A DNA stretch of 64,000 nucleotides, from NCBI GenBank assembly GCA_964421015.1, contig CAYQUS010000001.1, positions 22,726 to 86,725 of the forward strand, in the 5' to 3' direction. Every line of letters begins with the position of its first letter. Within the stretch, counting starts at the first letter, position 1. The translations under genes were made by a program, and so were the position numbers. Below the pieces are notes generated by a model, which had not been told where the DNA came from, searched no databases, and worked only from the letters and a program-made list of their open reading frames with translations. The DNA is from an uncultured Planctomycetia bacterium (GTDB taxonomy: Bacteria; Omnitrophota; Gorgyraeia; Tantalellales; Tantalellaceae). Of the stretch, positions 29,546 through 39,722 are shown in pieces.

Positions 29546-31054
29546 TTAATTGTTTTCATTCATCTCCTTCTCACCGAAAACCTCGGCCGTGTACACATAG
29601 ACCTCGGCTTCACCCGTACGCCACGCGCTTTCGCTTATCCCCGCCTTATCGCGGCACAAACTGTTCATGAACTCCTCTTTAGACCATCCCGTTTCGACAG
29701 CCACCTGAGGCAGATAAACCCCGCTTCTTCTCCCCATAGAAACCATTACCCCATGCTTTCCCATCTCAATCTCAGAGGGATCAAAAACTCTCCTCATCGG
29801 TGACAAAGCGGATATCTCTATGTCTATTTCCGAAAGCTCCTTTTCGGTGACCGGCATAAAGCGGCTGTCCTCAAAAGCCGCTGCCAGGGCCATTTCTATG
29901 ACCGTTCGGTAAAAGGGCATCTCCGAGCTCATTCGGCCTATACACCCCCTAAGGGAGCCATTCCTGTGAAGAGTAACAAATCCCCCGAGGGGAGCAAGAA
30001 GCGCCGCCTCTTTTACTTTAGGGTTTATCATCTCTCCGCTACTGAGATATTCCGTTATAGCAGACCGGGCAATGCCCAGAAGTTTTTTCTTTTCTTCCTT
30101 GGTAAACATGCCTTTCTCCCTTTTTACTATCTCCGCCTTCAGCGTTTTTCCTGAAGTCCTGACAAAAGCGGCGCTCAGGTATCCCACAACCCTGCTTTTG
30201 TCTCCCGAGGAATCGCCTGAAGTAGAGTATTTTAAGACCTGAAAATCGTCTGCCCCTGCCATTATGGAAGCCTTCATGACCGCGTAAACCGAAGCCCGTC
30301 CGCACATTATTTCGTGACCGCTGGCAACGCTGTAACGGTAAAATTCCTCCGGATCCATCTGCGAAAGTTTGTCGATCGTCAGTTTATCCTTTTTTACGGC
30401 CTGTTCCTCGGGAAGATAGTGTGACATATCAGCGCTGGCCACCATAACAACGTTCTTCCCGGACAGCAGGACCTTATAAAGCGCTTCAGCAAGCACCTTG
30501 GCCGTGTCCTCATTCTGGTCGCCTATGGCCACAAGCGCCAGCTTGGCTTCGGGAAGTGCCGCCTGTGCCAGGGGTATCAGCATCTCTATCGAGTTCTCTC
30601 CCTCAAAAGCCTCGGGGACGTAACGCAAGGACGGATCATAAGAAAGAAGAGCGCTTGTCACATCGGCGTCTATAAGGGCTCTCCCCAGGGGAGTGACAAA
30701 AGCTTCCGCGTCAAAAACGCTTATGGTCCCGGGTAGATGTTTCTTGTGGGTAAACCCCACGATTATTATCGTTTCCGGCCGTTCCGGTTGCAGCGCCTTG
30801 AACGAATGGGCCGCGACCGATCCGGAATAGTCTAAACCCGCATGCGGGGATATAACGGAGACAACCTTATGCATTTTCCGCGGGAGCCTGGCGTTTTTTA
30901 GATACTCTGAAAGTTCCCTGTTAAGGGCCGCGGGAGAGGATCTATACCACGTTCCGGCCAGATCGGAATATTTTTCCGCGGCCCCTGCCTGGGAGCCGGC
31001 CGGACAAACAAACCACAGGACAAGGCACACAGAAGGCAGGATAAAATTCCTCAT
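29546..31054 (-). CDS. fused AmmeMemoRadiSam system protein B (Memo) - protein A (AMMECR1), with N-terminal signal-peptide-like segment
   Basis: N-terminal half carries the Memo signature SPHAGLDYSG. C-terminal half carries the AMMECR1 signature LRGCIGRM...AAFEDSRF. The first 23 residues, MRNFILPSVCLVLWFVCPAGSQA, look like a Sec signal peptide. Confidence 0.75.
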   Translation of the reverse strand: MRNFILPSVCLVLWFVCPAGSQAGAAEKYSDLAGTWYRSSPAALNRELSEYLKNARLPRKMHKVVSVISPHAGLDYSGSVAAHSFKALQPERPETIIIVGFTHKKHLPGTISVFDAEAFVTPLGRALIDADVTSALLSYDPSLRYVPEAFEGENSIEMLIPLAQAALPEAKLALVAIGDQNEDTAKVLAEALYKVLLSGKNVVMVASADMSHYLPEEQAVKKDKLTIDKLSQMDPEEFYRYSVASGHEIMCGRASVYAVMKASIMAGADDFQVLKYSTSGDSSGDKSRVVGYLSAAFVRTSGKTLKAEIVKREKGMFTKEEKKKLLGIARSAITEYLSSGEMINPKVKEAALLAPLGGFVTLHRNGSLRGCIGRMSSEMPFYRTVIEMALAAAFEDSRFMPVTEKELSEIDIEISALSPMRRVFDPSEIEMGKHGVMVSMGRRSGVYLPQVAVETGWSKEEFMNSLCRDKAGISESAWRTGEAEVYVYTAEVFGEKEMNENN

Positions 31055-31099
31055 AACTTACTCACAGGATCAACCGGTAACCTTATAAGGACATTTCGA

Positions 31100-31175
31100 T
31101 GGTGGAGCAGATGGGATTCGAACCCACGACCCCCACGTTGCGAACGTGATGCTCTTCCAGCTGAGCTACTGCCCC
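31100..31175 (-). tRNA. tRNA-Ala (anticodon CGC)
   Basis: Minus strand GGGGCAGUAGCUCAGCUGGAAGAGCAUCACGUUCGCAACGUGGGGGUCGUGGGUUCGAAUCCCAUCUGCUCCACCA. The G3:U70 Ala identity pair is present; CCA encoded. Confidence 0.85.
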
Positions 31176-31229
31176 ACTTGAAACTGAAAAGTAATTATAG
31201 CACATAAAGCTCCGCCGTCAATTCGGCTC

Positions 31230-31442
31230 TCAAACGACCTGACGCGTGAGACGTATTGTGTAAGCTGGTCCGTCTCCTTCGAGCACAACATGCCCTTCCC
31301 TGGCCAGCCATCCTATGCTCATAAGAACTATACTGCTATCCTTGGCAACGGCTCGTATCAGTTCGTCCATACCAGCCGTCCCGCCGTGATTATCCAGATA
31401 ATTCCAAATATCACCGGCAACAAGACCTATCCTGGTTATCAT
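31230..31442 (-). CDS. small winged-helix (DUF2582-like) protein
   Basis: 70 aa starting MITRIGLVAGDIWNYLD. The ATG at 31442 follows GGGGGG; the longer track ORF would overlap the next gene. Confidence 0.45.
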   Translation of the reverse strand: MITRIGLVAGDIWNYLDNHGGTAGMDELIRAVAKDSSIVLMSIGWLAREGHVVLEGDGPAYTIRLTRQVV

Positions 31443-31467
31443 ATCCCCCCTTTCATGCGCGTAAATT

Positions 31468-31728
31468 TTACTGTTTGTTTTTTTGTGTCCCCATGTCCAT
31501 GGGCTCTTTCTGATTGCAGCTTCCGCACCTGGGACATTCGGAAAACTCATCGTTACGGCTATCTATATAGTTGTTCGAACATATGGGACAGTGCCATATG
31601 TACCTCTCGTCAGGAACAAACATTTTGGTCCTTGTCCCAAAATTAAAAAAGAACCATCCCGCCAGCATGAGTATCACGGAAAAGAATAAGTATACGAAAA
31701 GTATCATGGAAATATCAAGTTTTATCAT
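31468..31728 (-). CDS. membrane-anchored zinc-ribbon protein, function unknown
   Basis: One TM helix followed by CPIC...CPRCGSC. Confidence 0.4.
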   Translation of the reverse strand: MIKLDISMILFVYLFFSVILMLAGWFFFNFGTRTKMFVPDERYIWHCPICSNNYIDSRNDEFSECPRCGSCNQKEPMDMGTQKNKQ

Positions 31729-32476
31729 ATACCCCGCCTCCCGAAAAGCAATAGACAGGTATATCTATTTCAAGCGGCATCTCTCCCGCGGGATCGCTTA
31801 CGCTTTGGAATTTCCAGGCCCTGAGGTATTTCATAGCTTCGGAATCCGCAAAAAGATACCCGCTGGTCCTGGCAACGCTCACATCAATTACATCTCCGGA
31901 AACGGTTACGGCAGCCGAAAGCTTGACTGTGAAATATTTTTTGACAGCTATGCCGTCAACAGCCACAAGAGGTGTAGGGGGCCTGAAAAGCACCTTTCTC
32001 CCCCCGTACTGGTCCGCCAATCTCTCCGGGCCGCTTTGCCCCTCAGGAGCGGTACCTGAGTATTGACCCCGGGAATAAAAACGTGGAGCCAGCTTTTCGG
32101 GCACCAGATATTTGTCAACGCGCCGGAGAACTTCAGTTCCAACGCTTATGTACCGCGCGGGGATAGCGTCGTCTTTTTCAGAGAGAGCCTGGTGAAGGTC
32201 CGGCTTCAAAAAACCTTCGGGAACAAGAGCCTCCCTCCCGCCCGAAACTCCCCCTTCACCCGCAACCATTATGTCAAACGCGGTTTTTTCCAATATCGGC
32301 CCCAGAAAAGTCACCCGGGTAAAGGGCTCCGTCTTGAAAAAATCCTCCGGGGCCACCACGGTAACAAAAGTCATAAAGAAAAAGTGCGCCAGGACCGAAA
32401 GAATAAGTGCCGCGGCTATGTTAGTACCCTTTGCGGATATGTGCATTCTAGCTCCCGGAAAGCTCGTGTCTTTCAC
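31715..32476 (-). CDS. TonB-family energy transducer (TonB/TolA-like)
   Basis: N-terminal TM anchor and a C-terminal region after a spacer, placed directly after exbB-exbD. Confidence 0.5.
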   Translation of the reverse strand: MKDTSFPGARMHISAKGTNIAAALILSVLAHFFFMTFVTVVAPEDFFKTEPFTRVTFLGPILEKTAFDIMVAGEGGVSGGREALVPEGFLKPDLHQALSEKDDAIPARYISVGTEVLRRVDKYLVPEKLAPRFYSRGQYSGTAPEGQSGPERLADQYGGRKVLFRPPTPLVAVDGIAVKKYFTVKLSAAVTVSGDVIDVSVARTSGYLFADSEAMKYLRAWKFQSVSDPAGEMPLEIDIPVYCFSGGGVYDKT

Positions 32477-32489
32477 CCAAAAACCGATA

Positions 32490-32882
32490 TCACTGAGTTG
32501 TAGCTATGCTGATCTGTTTTATGTTTAGCTGTCGGCAAACATCCCATACCTCTATTATCTTCCCGAGACTGGCGTTCTTGTCGGCTCTGATCAGGACTGG
32601 CTGATCATCAGTCGAAGCCAGCGCCAGCCTTGAGACCAGTTCATCCCACTCCGTAGGCCTCTCGTTTATGTATATCGCGTTAACGGATGTCACGGTGATA
32701 ATTAAAAGTTCCCTGTGTAACACTTCACTGGTAACCGCTCTGGGAAGATCCACTCTTATCCCGGGCTGAAAAATATAACTCGATGTGAGCATGAAAAATA
32801 TCAAAAGCAGAAAGACCACATCTATAAGCGGAGCTACGTCAAGAGTGCCTTTTTCAAGAAATACTTTTCTTTTAAACTTCAT
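32490..32882 (-). CDS. exbD: biopolymer transport protein ExbD/TolR
   Basis: ExbD/TolR-like N-terminus (Arg-rich head then single TM, DVAPLIDVVFLLLIFFM) and periplasmic domain. 130 aa, downstream of the MotA/TolQ/ExbB-family gene. Confidence 0.8.
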   Translation of the reverse strand: MKFKRKVFLEKGTLDVAPLIDVVFLLLIFFMLTSSYIFQPGIRVDLPRAVTSEVLHRELLIITVTSVNAIYINERPTEWDELVSRLALASTDDQPVLIRADKNASLGKIIEVWDVCRQLNIKQISIATTQ

Positions 32883-33504
32883 CTTCTTCCCGCTTCGCGC
32901 CGAGTATGTTCACCAGGTCCGTAGCGCTTTTTTCCATTTCCAGGACAAATCCGTCCACTTTACTGACAAGAAAATTGTACGCTACATAAGCCGGTATCGC
33001 TACCGCCAGCCCGGCCACGGTAGTAACAAGCGCCTCCCATATCCCGCCGGCAAGGTCTCCCGGATTGACAGGCACAAGCGCTACGGACTTTTGCTCTATT
33101 ACCTGAAAGGCCCTCACCATACCCGTAACCGTGCCAAGAAGCCCTAGTAGAGGGCTTATGTGCGCTATGGTCGCCAGTATCCCCAGGTTTTTCTCAAGTC
33201 TTGGGATCTCATTGAGAGCGGCGTCATCAATGGCCTCCTTTATCTCCAGCCTGCCTCGGTCATGCTTCAGTATCCCGGCCTTGACAATGTGAGCGATAGG
33301 TCCCGGCATGGCATTGCATTTATCAATGGCGTTCAGTATCTTGTTGCGCCTCAGGGTTTCGGCTATATCCTCCATGAAAAGCTCGGTATTTATCTCTGCC
33401 TTCCGCAGGTGCCACAATTTTTCTATCACGACGGCCACCGCTATCACAGAACACATAAGGATCAGGAACATTAACGGTCCGCCCTTCAGTATGAGTCCCC
33501 ACAT
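32872..33504 (-). CDS. exbB: MotA/TolQ/ExbB proton-channel protein
   Basis: Three-TM topology, about 210 aa, upstream of an ExbD/TolR-type gene. Confidence 0.8.
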   Translation of the reverse strand: MWGLILKGGPLMFLILMCSVIAVAVVIEKLWHLRKAEINTELFMEDIAETLRRNKILNAIDKCNAMPGPIAHIVKAGILKHDRGRLEIKEAIDDAALNEIPRLEKNLGILATIAHISPLLGLLGTVTGMVRAFQVIEQKSVALVPVNPGDLAGGIWEALVTTVAGLAVAIPAYVAYNFLVSKVDGFVLEMEKSATDLVNILGAKREEDEV

Positions 33505-33564
33505 TTGTCTCCCCCTTTATTCTTTTCTCGGCCCCGGTCACTTTGGAACCGGTTCATTTGTGTA

Positions 33565-36048
33565 TCAGGAACCTCTTCTTATACGTTCTTTGAGCTGCCG
33601 AACTTTTTCTTTAGCCTGATCCGCTTCCTTTCCGGTCCCCTCCGAAAGCTTCTCATACATCTTGCAGGCTTTTTCCAAGTCTCCTTCTGTCTCAAACAGT
33701 TCCGCGCATTTTGTCCGCGCGCGCATAAGCCAGAATTCTCCCGCCGGATACCTGTATTCCACTTTTAGGTATTCCTCGAGAGCGCGTGCCATATCGCCGG
33801 TCCTTTCGTAACATTCCGCAAGGTCAAACTGTATCTGGGCATTGGTCTCGGTATTGTCGCTTGTCAGGGCAAGCCTGAAATATTCCATGGCAAGAACGTA
33901 ATTTTCCCTGGACTTAAGGATTATACCCGTGCGGTTATTAGCTATATTCGCGATGCTCGTTCCTCGGTACCTGTCGGCCACGCTCCTGTAACGGCTCACC
34001 GCACCGTCAAGATCGCCTCTCTTCTTTAGAATGTCGCCTATTGTCAGCATCGCCTGAGGAGCCCACTTCCCGCCTGGGGCGGAATCTGCAACCTTCGTGA
34101 ACTGATCTATACTCTCATCGATCATGTTATCGTCATACATGGCCCATCCCAGCCAATATTCCGCGTCCTGCGAGAAAGCGCTTTCGGGATAATCCCTTAT
34201 GACGGAAAAAAAGGCTTCCCGGGCTCCGGCGAAATCCCCTTTCCCGTAAAAATACTCTCCGAACCAGAATATTACTCCCGGGAACAGATCGTCAGAAGCG
34301 CCCTCATCTTTCATTTTACTGAATGACGCATACGCTTCATTCTCCATCCCCAGCCGGTAGTAAGCCCACCCCGCACAGTAGTCGGCCGCTCTCGTATACT
34401 CATCATCGTCTTTGCCCCCGCGGGAAAGCAGGAAATCTTTCAGTTCGCGCGAGGCCGAGAGGACCTCCTCGTACCGTCCCATCCGGTAAAGAATGTCGGC
34501 AACTTTAACACGGGCTTCCGCCGAAAGGGAGCTCTCATTGAATTCGTTTATTATTTTGTTAAAATTTTCTAAAGACGTGTAGTAATCGCCCCTTTCGGAA
34601 TACAAAAGCCCCAGCATGAAATGTACTTTGTCCAGATGAGAAGATCCGGGAAAATTTATGACCATGGATTGAAACGCCAGGATAGCGGCGTCTTTTCGCC
34701 CGGAATCAGCCATTATCGAACCTACCTCATACTGGGCAAGCCCTGCCATCGAACTGTCGGGATATTTTTCCAGTACCTCGTCATATATCTCGGCGGCCCG
34801 GGATAGGTTGTTTCTCTTCCTCTCAAGTTCAGCCGCGGCCATAAGAGCGTTCGCAGCGCTCTCCCCGGGCTGGGAAATCTCGGCGACAGACAAAAATTCC
34901 GATACAGCCCTGTCCGTATCGCCGAGACCGGCATATACCCTCGCCAGGCCGTAACGTATCTTCACGGCAGTCTCTGCCGACGGATATCGCAGTAAAGCCT
35001 CACGGAAAATGGCCGCGGAGGAGTCCAGGTCATTAAGTTGACGGTAAAGCTCCCCCAGACCGACATAGGCCTCTTTTGTCCTGGCGTTCTCGGGTATGTC
35101 CCTGATGGCCCTGGAATAAAGCGGTACAGCCTCGCTGTGCCTTCCTTCCCCGGACAGTATCGAAGCCATCGAGATCAGTGCTGACACCCTTAGCTCCGGA
35201 GAATAACCCTCTTGCGCTACTTTGTCGAACCACAAAAGAGCATTCTGGAGATCCCCTTCCGCCAGTTTTATTTCACCTATCCTATACCCCGCGGCGGTCT
35301 TCCAAGGGAGGTCACCGGACGACCTTGAGGCTCGTTGAAAGTTGATGACGCTTTCTCTCAGGTTGCCCAATGCGAAATAGCACTCGCCCAGAAGATAGTA
35401 GGTCTCAAGTATTCGAGGGTTAACGGGATATCTCGATATGTAGCTTTCCAGGGATCTTGCGGCCGCGGCGTAGTCTCCCGAGCGAAAAAGAACTTCTCCC
35501 AAGGCATAAGAGGCTGAAACAGTCAGTTCGTTGTCGGGATAAAGTCTGATAAAATCCCTGAAAGCTCCGGCAGCAAGAGAGAATTCCCCCAGTTTTTCAT
35601 AGCACCATGCTATTGAATATCTGGCGTTAGCGGCGATATCGCCAGCGGGATATGAGGAAAGAACTTTCTGGTACTGCCCAAGTGCTTCTTCAAATTTTTT
35701 CTGACGGTAGTAGGATTCGGCTATCCATAGCGTAGCCCGGGAGGCCAGATCCGTGCCGGGAAACCTGTCTTCTACCATAGCGAACTCCGCAAGGGCCTTG
35801 CCTTCCTGCCCTGTATCCAGATATATCCTTCCCAGAAGAATGTGAACCCTGGCCTCTATCTCCGCCGGGGCTTCAGACATAAGTATCTCCAAAAGTTTGT
35901 TTTCCGCTATATCATAGAAACCGTCCTCAATGGATTTCTGAGCGAAATCTATTTCAGACAACAGGGAATTTTCCGCTGACGCCTGAGATACCGGCGAGAG
36001 AGTAAGAATAATAATAAGGCCTGATAAGGCCAATGCCGTGATACGCAT
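33565..36048 (-). CDS. large exported TPR-repeat protein
   Basis: Signal peptide followed by at least 15 TPR-like helical repeats (recurrent W..A.Y / A...Y..A positions), 827 aa. Confidence 0.75.
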   Translation of the reverse strand: MRITALALSGLIIILTLSPVSQASAENSLLSEIDFAQKSIEDGFYDIAENKLLEILMSEAPAEIEARVHILLGRIYLDTGQEGKALAEFAMVEDRFPGTDLASRATLWIAESYYRQKKFEEALGQYQKVLSSYPAGDIAANARYSIAWCYEKLGEFSLAAGAFRDFIRLYPDNELTVSASYALGEVLFRSGDYAAAARSLESYISRYPVNPRILETYYLLGECYFALGNLRESVINFQRASRSSGDLPWKTAAGYRIGEIKLAEGDLQNALLWFDKVAQEGYSPELRVSALISMASILSGEGRHSEAVPLYSRAIRDIPENARTKEAYVGLGELYRQLNDLDSSAAIFREALLRYPSAETAVKIRYGLARVYAGLGDTDRAVSEFLSVAEISQPGESAANALMAAAELERKRNNLSRAAEIYDEVLEKYPDSSMAGLAQYEVGSIMADSGRKDAAILAFQSMVINFPGSSHLDKVHFMLGLLYSERGDYYTSLENFNKIINEFNESSLSAEARVKVADILYRMGRYEEVLSASRELKDFLLSRGGKDDDEYTRAADYCAGWAYYRLGMENEAYASFSKMKDEGASDDLFPGVIFWFGEYFYGKGDFAGAREAFFSVIRDYPESAFSQDAEYWLGWAMYDDNMIDESIDQFTKVADSAPGGKWAPQAMLTIGDILKKRGDLDGAVSRYRSVADRYRGTSIANIANNRTGIILKSRENYVLAMEYFRLALTSDNTETNAQIQFDLAECYERTGDMARALEEYLKVEYRYPAGEFWLMRARTKCAELFETEGDLEKACKMYEKLSEGTGKEADQAKEKVRQLKERIRRGS

Positions 36049-36192
36049 AAGATCCGTTATTGTGTTAGTGTCACTAAAGATTAGAGGACATGCCCTCTAA
36101 ACCGCTGCAAGCTTGCAACGGAAAGTATTATACCCGATAATGTTACCAGAGCGTCCCTGAAACGGCAAGATAATTCAGGCTAAGATGACAAC

Positions 36193-38994
36193 TTAGGAGC
36201 AGGGATCCGCTACACACTTCAGATATTGCCCGGTAAAGGAAGCGGCATTCCGCGCTATCTGCTCCGGGGTCCCTTCCGCGACAACAGTTCCCCCGGAATC
36301 GCCTCCCCCGGGCCCCATGTCTATTATGTGATCGGACGATCTTATAACATCAAGATTGTGCTCTATTACAAGCACGGTATTCCCCGCGGCTACCAGAGAA
36401 TGTAGGACCTCAAGAAGCTTGTGTATGTCAGCGAAATGCAGACCCGTGGTGGGTTCATCCAGGATGTACAGCGTCTTCCCCGTTGCTTTTTTTGAAAGTT
36501 CGGTGGCCAGTTTGACCCTCTGAGCCTCTCCTCCTGAAAGCGTTGTCGCCTGCTGCCCGAGGCGGATGTAGCCCAGCCCGACTTCGTTAAGGGTTTTGAG
36601 TTTGTCGTATATGGATGGTATATTGCCAAAAACACCTATGGCATCCTCGATGCTGAGACCTAAAACTTCTGATATGTTAAGCCCCTTGTACCTGACTTCC
36701 AGCGATTGATCGTTGAACCTTTTTCCGGCGCATACGGGACACTCTACGTAAACATCCGGAAGAAAATGCATTTCAATTTTCTTTACCCCGTCTCCCTGAC
36801 AGGCCTCGCATCTTCCCCCCTTAACGTTAAAACTGAAACGGCCCGGCTTATAACCTCTTATCCTGGATTCCGGCAACGATGCGAAAAGGTCCCTTATGGG
36901 GCTGAAAGCCCCGGTATATGTCGCCGGATTGGACCTGGGAGTCCGGCCGATCGGAGACTGGTCTATAACTATTACCTTGTCTATGAACTCCATACCTCTT
37001 ATGGATCTGTGTTTTCCAGGCTTATCCTTAGCCCCATAAAGTTTTCTGGCCAAGGCACGATAAAGTATCTCGTCTACAAGCGTGCTTTTACCGGAACCGG
37101 AAACTCCCGTGACACAGATAAGTACTCCAAGCGGAAATCTAACGTCGATCCCCTTAAGGTTGTGCTCGGACGCCCCGATGACCTCGAGGCATTTCCCCGG
37201 AACGGGTTTTCTTACTTCGGTCGGATGGACTATCTTTGCGTCGCCCCGCAGGTATTTTCCCGTGAGAGAATCTTCCGAAGCAAGTATGTCGCCAAGCTTA
37301 CCTTCGGCCACAACTTTACCCCCGTGTTCTCCTGCTCCCGGACCAAGGTCTATTATGTGATCGGCCGTTCTTATAGTAACTTCGTCATGCTCCACGACTA
37401 CCAGGGTATTCCCCATGTCCCTGAGCCGCTTCAAGGTTGATAAAAGCTTGTCGTTGTCTTTCTGATGCAACCCTATGCTGGGTTCGTCTAGAACGTAAAG
37501 TACGCCCACAAGAGCCGATCCGATCTGGGTAGCAAGCCTTATCCTCTGGTCCTCTCCGCCGGACAGAGTATTGCTCCGCCTGTCAAGTGTAAGGTATCCA
37601 AGCCCTACATCAGCCATGAAATTCAGTCTCGACATTATCTCTTTCATGGGTTCTTCCGCTATTCTGGTTTTTTCACGGTCGAATTTGAGCGCTTTGAAAA
37701 AATCCATAGCTTCAAGTATGGAAAATCCCGAAATTTCAGAAATATTCTTCCCCCCCACAAAAACCGCCAGAGATTCCCTTTTAAGCCGGTGCCCCCCGCA
37801 ATCAGGACAGGGCAGAACGGACATAAACCCTCCTATCATCTCCTTCATGAACTCGCTCTCGGTCTGTCGAAACCTTCGCTCCAGGTTAGGTATAACGCCC
37901 TCATAAGCAGACTCCTCGTCGCCGTACATGATGATCTGCCTCTGTTTTTTAGTAAGCTCGTCGTAGTTCGATTCAACGTCAAAACCGTGAACACGCGCCA
38001 GCCTTCGCAATTGCCGGCGGAAATGGAGGACAGCTCCCTTGCCTCCCCTTTTCCATGGCACAACGGCTTTAAGGAGGGGCTGGCTCTTGTCGGGAAGAAC
38101 AAGCTCCGGATCTATTTCCAGTTTGTTGCCAAGACCGTTGCACGAGGGACAGGCTCCGTAAGGGCTATTGAATGAAAAATTCCTGGGGTCGGGTTTTTCA
38201 AAGCTTATCCGACAGTCGGGACATGAGTTGCTTTCGCTGAAAAGCACGTCGGTATACTCATCTTTGTCCGCGCGGCAAACACTCACTATCGCGGTTCCTT
38301 TGCTCATTCCCAGAGCCGTTTCCACGGAATCCGACACTCTGGTCCTGGAACCTTTTTTCACCGTTACGCGGTCTATTACGGCATCTATGGAATGATTGGT
38401 CTTCTTATTCAGGTCAGGGATGCGGTCTCCCACGTCCAATATCTTCCCGTCGACCCGTAATCTCACAATACCGTTTTTCCGGGCTTGTCTCATTATTTCC
38501 ACGTGCTCGCCTTTTCTTCCGGAAACAAGAGGCGCGAGGATGAGCAGCTTCGTTCCCTCGGGATAGTCCATTATTCCGTCAACCATCTGCTGGGAGGTCT
38601 GTGATGATATTTTCTTGCCGCACACATAACAGTGCTGTTCGCCTGCTCTGGCGAAAAGAACCCTCAGGTAGTCATATATCTCCGTCTGTGTTCCCACCGT
38701 CGATCTTGGGTTCTTACCGCCCGCCCTCTGCTCTATACTTATGGAGGGTGAGAGCCCCTCTATGAGATCGACATGTGGCTTCTCAAGCTGTCCCAGGAAC
38801 TGCCTGGCGTAACTGGAAAGAGACTCTACATAACGCCTTTGCCCCTCTGCGTAAATGGTATCGAAGGCCAGGGAAGATTTGCCGGAACCGGAAAGGCCGG
38901 TGACCACGCAAAGAGAGTTACGCGGTATCCTGACGGTTATGTTCTTAAGATTGTGTTCTCTGGCGCCTTTTACCAAAATGTGGTCTTTTATCAT
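36193..38994 (-). CDS. uvrA: excinuclease ABC subunit A
   Basis: Two ABC cassettes ([10 protein letters not shown] and [10 protein letters not shown] Walker A; LSGGE signatures) and zinc fingers, 933 aa. Confidence 0.95.
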   Translation of the reverse strand: MIKDHILVKGAREHNLKNITVRIPRNSLCVVTGLSGSGKSSLAFDTIYAEGQRRYVESLSSYARQFLGQLEKPHVDLIEGLSPSISIEQRAGGKNPRSTVGTQTEIYDYLRVLFARAGEQHCYVCGKKISSQTSQQMVDGIMDYPEGTKLLILAPLVSGRKGEHVEIMRQARKNGIVRLRVDGKILDVGDRIPDLNKKTNHSIDAVIDRVTVKKGSRTRVSDSVETALGMSKGTAIVSVCRADKDEYTDVLFSESNSCPDCRISFEKPDPRNFSFNSPYGACPSCNGLGNKLEIDPELVLPDKSQPLLKAVVPWKRGGKGAVLHFRRQLRRLARVHGFDVESNYDELTKKQRQIIMYGDEESAYEGVIPNLERRFRQTESEFMKEMIGGFMSVLPCPDCGGHRLKRESLAVFVGGKNISEISGFSILEAMDFFKALKFDREKTRIAEEPMKEIMSRLNFMADVGLGYLTLDRRSNTLSGGEDQRIRLATQIGSALVGVLYVLDEPSIGLHQKDNDKLLSTLKRLRDMGNTLVVVEHDEVTIRTADHIIDLGPGAGEHGGKVVAEGKLGDILASEDSLTGKYLRGDAKIVHPTEVRKPVPGKCLEVIGASEHNLKGIDVRFPLGVLICVTGVSGSGKSTLVDEILYRALARKLYGAKDKPGKHRSIRGMEFIDKVIVIDQSPIGRTPRSNPATYTGAFSPIRDLFASLPESRIRGYKPGRFSFNVKGGRCEACQGDGVKKIEMHFLPDVYVECPVCAGKRFNDQSLEVRYKGLNISEVLGLSIEDAIGVFGNIPSIYDKLKTLNEVGLGYIRLGQQATTLSGGEAQRVKLATELSKKATGKTLYILDEPTTGLHFADIHKLLEVLHSLVAAGNTVLVIEHNLDVIRSSDHIIDMGPGGGDSGGTVVAEGTPEQIARNAASFTGQYLKCVADPCS

Positions 38995-39085
38995 GCAAAG
39001 ATTCTATCACAAAGCCCTTCGTGCCGCTACTTTCAATGATGCCGCTATAAAATCCGGAAAATAAAAATATGGGAAAATAAGGCAT

Positions 39086-39100
39086 TTGATAATTTATCAA
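39086..39100. promoter_or_regulatory. perfect 7-1-7 inverted repeat TTGATAAtTTATCAA in the promoter of the XRE-cupin regulator (candidate operator)
   Basis: Palindrome sits 37 nt upstream of the ATG at 39137 and next to a TATATT -10-like element in the uvrA / XRE-regulator divergent intergenic region. Confidence 0.35.
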
Positions 39101-39136
39101 ATCTGGTGTATATTACCCTTTCAGGGGGATAAAAAA

Positions 39137-39685
39137 ATGAAGATCGGTCCCAAGATACGCAGTTACCGCAAAGAAAAAGGCATGACCCTGGGAGAGCTCT
39201 CTCAAAAGACCGGGGTAGCCCTGGCTACCTTGAGCCGCATGGAAAACGGGAAAATGTCCGGCACAGTGAAGTCTCACGGGGCTATATGTAAGGCTCTGGG
39301 AATATCCATATCGGACCTCTACAGGGAAATAGAGGACTCCTCCAAGACGATCGAGCCAGGCAGAGACAAAAAAAGTCCTGAAAAAGTGGAAGGCTCAGGG
39401 AAAATACGTTATGAGCTTCTCGTGGCAAGATCAGCAGGAAAGAAAATGGTACCAACCCTCCTCAGAATATCCCCAGGCAAGAGAACGCAACCGGAACGGG
39501 ACAGACCAGGCACGGAAAAATTTTTGTATATACTTCGCGGGAATATAGAAGCCGATATTTCCGGTAAAAAGTACCCCATGAAGAAAGGTGACAGCCTCTA
39601 CTTCGAGTCTTCTCTGCGCCACTTATTCCACAACCCGGCTGATTCCGACGCTGAGATAATCTCCATTTACTCCTCTGACAAATAA
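39137..39685 (+). CDS. XRE-family HTH transcriptional regulator with C-terminal cupin domain
   Basis: HTH motif GMTLGELSQKTGVALATLSRMENG and a C-terminal cupin-like beta region. The track start at 39086 is a TTG, so the ATG at 39137 (AGGGGG upstream) was used. Confidence 0.75.
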   Translation: MKIGPKIRSYRKEKGMTLGELSQKTGVALATLSRMENGKMSGTVKSHGAICKALGISISDLYREIEDSSKTIEPGRDKKSPEKVEGSGKIRYELLVARSAGKKMVPTLLRISPGKRTQPERDRPGTEKFLYILRGNIEADISGKKYPMKKGDSLYFESSLRHLFHNPADSDAEIISIYSSDK

Positions 39686-39722
39686 CTCTATCCGGCGTTA
39701 TATCGGGGCTTACAAGTCCAGG

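Noticed and set aside
36096-36116. Near-palindrome ccgctgcaagcttgcaacgg in the TPR-gene upstream region
   Set aside because: Only the central gcaagcttgc is perfectly symmetric and the arms are imperfect. It could be an operator, but the evidence is too weak to call.
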